Notes under the pieces: model-generated | What the model was told of the DNA's origin: nothing | The model's input: only the letters and a program-made list of their open reading frames with translations | Database searches by the model: none | DNA from: Candidatus Cloacimonadales bacterium | Lineage (GTDB): Bacteria > Cloacimonadota > Cloacimonadia > Cloacimonadales > JAIOQZ01 | DNA length: 64,000 nucleotides | Reading direction: 5' to 3' | NCBI GenBank assembly: GCA_963662655.2 | Contig: CAXXTU010000002.1 | Span: 128,001 to 192,000, forward strand | Translations under genes and position numbers: made by a program | In this document: positions 57,395 to 64,000 of the stretch, one piece after another | Numbering within the stretch: position 1 is the first letter of the stretch | Layout of the letters: every line of letters starts with the position of its first letter

Positions 57395-57433
57395 AGAAAA
57401 GAAATGCAGGTTGATAGAAAATACCAACCTGCA
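57395..57433 (-). terminator. Probable terminator
   Basis: TGCAGGTTG...CAACCTGCA stem followed on the minus strand by TTTCTTTTCT. Confidence 0.55.
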
Positions 57434-57447
57434 AAAGTAGTGTAATG

Positions 57448-58062
57448 TTAGATTCCGTATTCGGGATGAATTTTCGGGCGTGATTCTTCCGTTCTTGCCA
57501 TCCACCTTTCGTAAGCGGCTGTCCGTTTCTGCTGAATACTCTGCATATTGGAACTGGCCCACTCGAACGATTCGTCGTTGGGCTTCACCCACTTGCACGT
57601 TGAAAGGTTTTTATTGAATTTGTCGCTTTCGGCTTCGGCTTTGGGCACAGCCCGGAGCGAGAACCGTGCTTTCCAGGCTCCCATTCGCGGCGTTACTTCC
57701 GCATAGTATGTTTTCCCCGCTTCCAGATCGGCATACATGAAATCAGCGGATTCCCCAATGACCGTAAAGAGGTGTTCCCCGGGCTCCACCATATACGCAA
57801 CACGTTTCTTTGCCGCGACAATGCCCACCAGGTTGCACTCATCGCCAACAACCTCAAACACGCTGGATTGGACTTTATAGCCCAGGGTTTGCGGTCTGAT
57901 AAAGATTACAAGCGCTTTGCCGGGTTCCGGCTTGAGAATTTCCTGCCCGGGTTCGACCACCTGCATGAATTTTACGGGACCTTCCACTGCACAGCCTGCG
58001 ACAAAGAGAGTGAATGTGATAAAAATCAGATACAAGAACTTTGATGAATGATTGCTTTTCAT
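57448..58062 (-). CDS. Lipoprotein of unknown function (DUF2846-like)
   Basis: Lipobox VAGC; GKALVIFIRP...VEPGEHLF...LEAGKTYY. Confidence 0.7.
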   Translation of the reverse strand: MKSNHSSKFLYLIFITFTLFVAGCAVEGPVKFMQVVEPGQEILKPEPGKALVIFIRPQTLGYKVQSSVFEVVGDECNLVGIVAAKKRVAYMVEPGEHLFTVIGESADFMYADLEAGKTYYAEVTPRMGAWKARFSLRAVPKAEAESDKFNKNLSTCKWVKPNDESFEWASSNMQSIQQKRTAAYERWMARTEESRPKIHPEYGI

Positions 58063-58154
58063 TTGAGACTCCTTAGCTTATGTTTCAAACAAAACCATAT
58101 TCATCTCGCGAAAAATGAATGTCAAACAATTCATTCTCGTTAACGTTCAGCTTC

Positions 58155-61100
58155 TTACTTCAGCAGCAACCCCTTATGGACAGCCTTGTTTTTGTCGTCA
58201 ACGCGCAGCCGGTAGAAATAGATACCAGAGGATACGGAATTGCCATTGCTGTCCTGCCCCTGCCATTTCACGCGATGTTCCCCGGCAGCCAGACGTGATT
58301 TCACCAGCGTCGCAACCTTCTGTCCCTTGATGTTGAACACGCACAGCTCCACTTCACCTTCCTCCGGCATTGAGAATAGAACCGTCGTAACCGGATTGAA
58401 AGGATTCGGATAATTGCTGAGTGTGTAACGTAGAGGAACAACGCCATTGGGGTCAACCCCTGAAAGACAACTGTTCCTTTTTCCCGGCGTACCGTATTCT
58501 GTTGAAGCAGCCCAGCTCTCCGCCAGTCCGTTGTCGTAATCCGTGTTGATGAGCTCTAGCGTGGGGCCATCTCCGTCTGGGGGGGACGGCCAATCGCCAC
58601 CGTCGTCGTATTCCACCGAGTCGATCAGGTTGTCGTCCGCGTCATACAGGCGGATCAGTTCGCCGCCTCCGCTGAGCCCGAAATCGAAATCGCCGATATA
58701 GTTGGCCACTTCCGGGAAGCACGCGCAGAATTTCTCGGAATCCGTGCAGAGTACAAGATACGCTCCCGCATCGAGAACGGTTCCATCTGGAATGATAAAC
58801 ACGTGGTCGTCTTCTTCGTCTTTGAACGCCCAACCTGATATATCGTTGGGCAGATCGTCCGAATTGATGAGCTCTACCCAGTCGTCTGGATCGAAGCCGT
58901 CCGCGGAATTGTAGTTGATTTCGTTCAAGCAGATTGCTGTGTTATCGGGCCCCTCACGCTCGAATATGGCAGTATATTCCTGGTTATCCGCAAGGATGAT
59001 AGTAATCTGGGCGCTATCCTCCTGGGTGCCCTGCCACCCGTTGAATCGGTTGCCCGGTTCGGGAATGGCTGTCAGCCCGATAGGGATATCCGGGAAATAC
59101 GCCCCGCCCCAGGGATAATCGTCCGGGAGCGCGGTATTGACGCGAACATTGCCCGATTCTCCCGGTGATACGTCAACGGTCAGGGTACGCATGTCACCGA
59201 GACCGAAATGGTCTCGCAGATGCACTTTCATGTGCAGGTCGCGTTCCTGAGCGAAGGTGATCATGTTGTCCACATTTGCCTGCCAGTTCGCTATCTGGTT
59301 CCAGCGATTGTTGTGAGCCGGTATCTCCGATTGGATGACGGCAGCCTTCGCGTTGATCTGATCTACCATGATCTCGGGCTTCAGGCATGTGTTCATCAGG
59401 TCGCAGAAGCGGTTGATGAAATCGATCCGGAACGATTCATTCTCCATTAGCTTGCGTATGAAGATCGTTACCCAGGGCTGATCGGGCCAGCCTTGGCCAT
59501 CGGCATCTGTGGCATACTCAAGGGTATTGAAAGTATATTCATCGATACCGTAGAGGCCGAAACCGTAGTCGGTGTCGTACAAAATCCAACGCCATTTCCC
59601 ATCCGGTGTACGGGGTCTCCAGTACTTGATGTTGTTGCAAGGCCAATCCTGATTATTACAATAGATTTCGATTGCCTGATAGTTAATGAAGTTATCGATG
59701 TCCATGCGGTCGCAAACGAAGTCGTAATTCTCGGCAACACTCAGGTCATAGCCAGAGATATAGTCCTTAAGATTGTTATAATGCCGGTTGTCGCCCTCGA
59801 TAATGGCCCCGCCCTTTTCGAGAAGATCGATATGATCGGGATCAGCGCCGCAGTTGGAGGCGATAAAGTGTTCGTTGATCTTCTCACGAAGGTTGTGAAT
59901 ACCCCAGTATTCGCCGTTCAAATAAACAACCGTTGGGCGGTATGCCTGACGTTCAATCCCCTCGTCTGCCACGAGACCAGTAATCATGGCGTCCCTGAAC
60001 ATGGTCGATCGCCAGTCGTGACCGGAAGATCTAAGTATAAAGGTTTCAAACGAATCGATCTCTTTTTCCGGGAAAAGGGAGCATTCGACCTCACTACAGC
60101 CGTAACAACCGCGCGCATAAAAAGCCAGCGATTTCTGTGGGTAGGTGCGGGAATAGTTCCCGGTAATTTTCACGCCCATGGGAGCTTTGAAGAGCAACTG
60201 CCGGTTTTCGTCGAACATCTCGATGTAGATCGGTTTTTCCCAGTCATTCCAGTAGTTTGCACCCAGATAGGGGAATTCACTGTCGGCATTCGGTCCCTCT
60301 ACGTAGATTCCCCTTTCGTAATCGAAGAAATTGTCAGGGTCCGTGGAGAGAGAGACCACCGCCAGATCGTGGTCGACATTGATGAAGTACGTGTTGCATT
60401 GTGTGCAGCTCGGAAGCTTGGCCGTCTCGAAAGCTCTGGCCTTGATGACGGTTGTTTCCGAAACGTTGAACGGTTGCGAGTACAGTAAACTCTCCTCGGT
60501 CGGGTCGGATCCATCGAGTGTAAAACGAATAATGGAGGCTTCGGAAGAAGTCGCAAGCGATATGGTGCGTGGGCTGTCGAAAAATCCTCCTGCGCAGGAG
60601 AATACGGGGCTTTCAGCAATCCCCTGATACCCCCCAGTGCCATTTGCCGTTTCGGGAGTAGGGGCATCGTAAAACAACCACTGATCTCCACCATCCGGAT
60701 GCCTTCCGATGGAAACATCCGATGGAATGGCCCCTGTGGTTACGCAGTCGACAGTTACACCTTCGGGATCACTGAGGCAAAGAGTCTCCCCTTCGCCCGA
60801 TATCTTGAAATTGGTGTGCAGTCTTCGATATTGCAGTGGAAGTAGTAGATCGGCAGGACCGTGCGCACCCTCAGGAGGTTCTTCGGAGAACAACGTAACG
60901 AAAGGAATGGCCGTGAGATCCGAATCTTCTTCCGTGTGATTGTGAATTTCAATCGCGATGACATTCGTTCCGTTGCGAAAGTGAGATAGGTCAATATCGT
61001 ACGCCTCGGGAGTACCGCCCTGATAGATTTGAGCTTCAACGATTTCAAGCGATTCCTGATAATTCGCCGGTGTTACCCCGGGAGTCCCAATATTGGAACG

Positions 61101-61688
61101 AGCGAACTCAGCTCCGTTCATGTACGCCACGAAGGCATCGTCGTAATCGATATGCAGCAATGCCTTCTTGATGAAATCGATATCCTGGATATTGAATCTG
61201 CCTCGGATGTACACATTTGTCGTGGTGGGAAGAATCGTTGCGTCGTCTCCATCGCCATATCCGAAACCGCTTGCCCCGGTGCTCCAGGCAGAGTCATCGA
61301 AGCTGTTGTTTCGCCAGCTTCTGGGAGGCTGGAATTCGTAAATCCTGTATTTCCATGAGTCTCCCCAGTCGATAACCGTCTCCCAGTGTCCGCCGTACGC
61401 GGTGATATCCTTGTCGGATGCGAAGACGAGAAGATATCCGTATGGGGGGACTTCGATATCGGGGAACCGCCATTTATGCGGTTCGTCGGGATCGTCGGAA
61501 AGACCGTAGTCGAGGAGATTGACGGAGCTGCCGGTTGGATTGTACAGCTCGATCCAGTCGGGGTAATCCCCGTCGAGATCGTTTATCGTTGTTGAATTCG
61601 ATGCCATGATCTCGTTGATAATGATTGTTTGTGCATTGAGAAATATACAAAACGTGTAGATTAGAAGAGTGAACAGAACCCTTTTCAT
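58155..61688 (-). CDS. Secreted CotH-kinase-family protein with lamin-tail domains and FlgD-Ig/T9SS-like CTD
   Basis: IINEIM...DWIELYN and LNEIN...DWVELIN lamin-tail domains; FTLDGSDPT; GNYSR...QKS, YLNGEYWG...E, DWP.NN, YDTD CotH motifs; NYPNPFNP CTD. Confidence 0.88.
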   Translation of the reverse strand: MKRVLFTLLIYTFCIFLNAQTIIINEIMASNSTTINDLDGDYPDWIELYNPTGSSVNLLDYGLSDDPDEPHKWRFPDIEVPPYGYLLVFASDKDITAYGGHWETVIDWGDSWKYRIYEFQPPRSWRNNSFDDSAWSTGASGFGYGDGDDATILPTTTNVYIRGRFNIQDIDFIKKALLHIDYDDAFVAYMNGAEFARSNIGTPGVTPANYQESLEIVEAQIYQGGTPEAYDIDLSHFRNGTNVIAIEIHNHTEEDSDLTAIPFVTLFSEEPPEGAHGPADLLLPLQYRRLHTNFKISGEGETLCLSDPEGVTVDCVTTGAIPSDVSIGRHPDGGDQWLFYDAPTPETANGTGGYQGIAESPVFSCAGGFFDSPRTISLATSSEASIIRFTLDGSDPTEESLLYSQPFNVSETTVIKARAFETAKLPSCTQCNTYFINVDHDLAVVSLSTDPDNFFDYERGIYVEGPNADSEFPYLGANYWNDWEKPIYIEMFDENRQLLFKAPMGVKITGNYSRTYPQKSLAFYARGCYGCSEVECSLFPEKEIDSFETFILRSSGHDWRSTMFRDAMITGLVADEGIERQAYRPTVVYLNGEYWGIHNLREKINEHFIASNCGADPDHIDLLEKGGAIIEGDNRHYNNLKDYISGYDLSVAENYDFVCDRMDIDNFINYQAIEIYCNNQDWPCNNIKYWRPRTPDGKWRWILYDTDYGFGLYGIDEYTFNTLEYATDADGQGWPDQPWVTIFIRKLMENESFRIDFINRFCDLMNTCLKPEIMVDQINAKAAVIQSEIPAHNNRWNQIANWQANVDNMITFAQERDLHMKVHLRDHFGLGDMRTLTVDVSPGESGNVRVNTALPDDYPWGGAYFPDIPIGLTAIPEPGNRFNGWQGTQEDSAQITIILADNQEYTAIFEREGPDNTAICLNEINYNSADGFDPDDWVELINSDDLPNDISGWAFKDEEDDHVFIIPDGTVLDAGAYLVLCTDSEKFCACFPEVANYIGDFDFGLSGGGELIRLYDADDNLIDSVEYDDGGDWPSPPDGDGPTLELINTDYDNGLAESWAASTEYGTPGKRNSCLSGVDPNGVVPLRYTLSNYPNPFNPVTTVLFSMPEEGEVELCVFNIKGQKVATLVKSRLAAGEHRVKWQGQDSNGNSVSSGIYFYRLRVDDKNKAVHKGLLLK

Positions 61689-61980
61689 GCGCCTACCCTC
61701 CAGCGATTTACACCATGATGGAATGCCTTAATGTGTTGTGAATTTTATACCTTATGGTGCATATCCCTTAATTTCCCTCGAATCAAAAAAGCGATAAAGC
61801 TCGATGGTTTGTCAATATAAATTTACGGAGATTTAACCGGGAGCTTGCAATGCAAAGTCGTTACTGCGCGGTCGATTATTGTCTTGACGTACATCTGCAA
61901 TCCAATATCTTGAACTACCGAGGATTTGGAATGGAAAATGTATCCTGTCGATACGAATGAGGTTAATGGAGGAATGTTTC

Positions 61981-63999
61981 ATGGGAAACGGCATACGAAA
62001 ACTACTTTTTATTATCCTGCTAATGGGTTTATTCTGCTTAGTTATTGCAGAAGAAAGGTTTATCGCGCGAATTAGCAACCCCGATTCAGGGGATGTCGAG
62101 TACTTGCAGAAGAACTCTTACGACATCGCCGGCGGGAACCCCGGGGCATATATCGATCTGGTTGTGACCCGCGATCAATTCGACCGGCTTCGCTCAAGCG
62201 GATTCAGCATCCGCATCGAGAAGACGGAAGCGGAAGTTCTGGAAGATTTGTCCGCGACCGGGGATCGCCCCATCGCCGGTTATCGAGAATATGAAGAAAT
62301 TCTGACAGACTTGCAGCAGTACGTTGCGGATCATCCGGACATCTGCCGGTTGTACGATATCGGAGATACGCAGGGCAAACTCTACTCGGCTGACGGCCAC
62401 ACCTTCTACGACGATTTCGACCATGAAATCTGGGCGCTGAAGGTATCCGACAATCCAGATAACGATGAAGACGAACCCGCGATCTACTACTTCGGCGCGC
62501 ACCACTCGCGCGAGCCGCTCAGCACCGAGGTGTGCATGACGGTCCTCGACCACGTCGTGACAAGCTACGGCACGGACACGCAGATAACGAACGATGTGGA
62601 TACCAAGGAAATCTGGTTTGTGCCCATCGTGAATCCGAACGGCGTCAAGATCGTTCTGGATCAAACGGACGTCTGGTGGAGAAAGAACATCCGGGATAAC
62701 AACAACAATCACGACTTCGACAGCGATTATGAGACGGGAACCGGTGACGACGGCGTGGATCCAAATCGTAACTATGGATTTGTTTGGGGTAACGTTGGTT
62801 CAACGGACAATCCCAATGGCTCGACCTACCACGGTCCCGAAGAATTCTCCGAGCCTGAAACGCAGGCGGTGAGGGACCTTATCAGAGCGCATCACTTCGT
62901 GGCGGGTATCAGTTATCACACGCACGGAGAGCTGGTACTGATCCCTTACGGATACGCCGAAAACATCTATGCACCGGACGACGCAGCGCTTGTCGAACTG
63001 GGTGAGCTTGTTGCCGAGAACATCGACGCACTGGGGAACGGCCACTACACACCGCAGTATTCCTATGCGCTTTACCCGACGATGGGCGGCCTGGACGACT
63101 GGGCTTACGGCGAGCAGGGAGTTTTCGCGTACACGGTTGAGCTGGCAACGGAGTTCATTCCTCCGCAGAACCAGGTGGGGACCATTTGCAATGCCAATAT
63201 CGACGGGGCCATGCAGCTTCTCCGTCGCATCGACAATAGCACGATCACCGGTCACATCACGGACGCTGAAACCGGCCAGCCCATGGTTGCCGAAGTTTTC
63301 ATTGAAGGCATTGACAACACCGGGGAATATCGCGATCCCATCACCAGCGACGAGCAGTTCGGAACCTATTATCGCATGGTGTTGCCGGGAGCGTACAACG
63401 TTACGTATTCTGCTTACGGATTCGAATCTCAAACCGTCATCGTGGTTGTAAGCGATCTCGGAATGACGACGCAGGATATCGCGCTGGAGCCGGCAGCGAG
63501 TATCGATTTCAACGGTATCGTGCGTGACGCTACAACATTTGCGCCTCTCGCAGGGGCGCAAATTACGCTGGGGGGGGCGCCGTTCGAGCCGATTACATCC
63601 GATGAATACGGCATATTCGAATTTGAAGATGTCGCTATGGGCACCTATACAATCACCATTACCGCCGAAGGATACGGCCTCACGCAGAAGGCGATCGATC
63701 TGAATGCGAGTAACCAGCAGTTGTTTTACATGTACGAACCCTTCATGATGGACGATATGGAAAGCGGGAATTCGAACTGGAACATGACGGGAACCTGGGC
63801 TCTGACAACATCCCAGTACCACAGCGCAAACCACTCGATTACCGACTCCCCTTCGGGGAACTACGGTAACAATGTGACCACCTACTGCGAGCTGGCGAAT
63901 GACATCAACCTGTACGACGCTACGATGGCGAGCGTTTCGTTCTACGCCAAATACGCACTCGAAGCGGACTATGACTACGTTTATCTTCAAGTCCACGGT
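61981..63999 (+). CDS. Secreted M14 zinc carboxypeptidase (carboxypeptidase T-like) with CarboxypepD_reg-like Ig domains; runs off the window end
   Basis: Not in the ORF track. GGAGG RBS; manual translation MGNGIRKLLFIILL...ALKVSDNP...GAHHSREP (HxxE), VNPNG, WRKN, GVDPNRNY, FSEPET, SYHTHG, GGLDDWAY, YTVE. Confidence 0.92.
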   Translation, partial: MGNGIRKLLFIILLMGLFCLVIAEERFIARISNPDSGDVEYLQKNSYDIAGGNPGAYIDLVVTRDQFDRLRSSGFSIRIEKTEAEVLEDLSATGDRPIAGYREYEEILTDLQQYVADHPDICRLYDIGDTQGKLYSADGHTFYDDFDHEIWALKVSDNPDNDEDEPAIYYFGAHHSREPLSTEVCMTVLDHVVTSYGTDTQITNDVDTKEIWFVPIVNPNGVKIVLDQTDVWWRKNIRDNNNNHDFDSDYETGTGDDGVDPNRNYGFVWGNVGSTDNPNGSTYHGPEEFSEPETQAVRDLIRAHHFVAGISYHTHGELVLIPYGYAENIYAPDDAALVELGELVAENIDALGNGHYTPQYSYALYPTMGGLDDWAYGEQGVFAYTVELATEFIPPQNQVGTICNANIDGAMQLLRRIDNSTITGHITDAETGQPMVAEVFIEGIDNTGEYRDPITSDEQFGTYYRMVLPGAYNVTYSAYGFESQTVIVVVSDLGMTTQDIALEPAASIDFNGIVRDATTFAPLAGAQITLGGAPFEPITSDEYGIFEFEDVAMGTYTITITAEGYGLTQKAIDLNASNQQLFYMYEPFMMDDMESGNSNWNMTGTWALTTSQYHSANHSITDSPSGNYGNNVTTYCELANDINLYDATMASVSFYAKYALEADYDYVYLQVHG

Positions 64000-64000
64000 G

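Noticed and set aside
62194..63996. Minus-strand ORFs 62194-62712 and 62800-63996
   Set aside because: Antisense shadows of the plus-strand M14 carboxypeptidase, which the track missed because it has no stop inside the window.

Overview
64-kb bacterial chromosomal segment. Several secreted proteins end in a YPNPFNP...SGVYFY...KMLL(L/M)K FlgD-Ig/T9SS-like sorting domain and two are C25 gingipain-type proteins, which points by inference to Cloacimonadota or a related FCB-group lineage. From left to right: (i) a minus-strand run lon - polysaccharide-deacetylase-like - class II RNR nrdJ - aspS (partial); (ii) a full dcw cluster (mraZ, rsmH, ftsL, ftsI, fused murE-murF, mraY, an inserted 70-aa Cys-rich ORF, murD, ftsW, murG, murC, murB, ftsQ, ftsA, ftsZ), then a 36-aa membrane ORF, a holin-like gene and a CheD homologue lacking the usual catalytic residues; (iii) mixed housekeeping and signalling genes (TPR-PAS-HisKA without ATPase domain, SagB-like, radC, asd, stand-alone Cache protein, N-formylglutamate amidohydrolase); (iv) a reduced pilM/pilP/pilQ-like operon with nth-like, dtd and an ABC exporter; (v) tldD/tldE; (vi) a block of large secreted proteins (two C25, LVIVD, CotH, M14 partial). 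The most striking unexplained signal is a family of three intergenic ~115-155 bp elements (25731-25851, 46419-46573, 56660-56773). Each folds into the same four-way cloverleaf, with conserved outer and side arms, GNA triloops and a central arm of different sequence. A cluster of covarying GAA-triloop hairpins lies next to the third copy. No rRNA, tRNA, CRISPR array, transposase or integrase was recognised.
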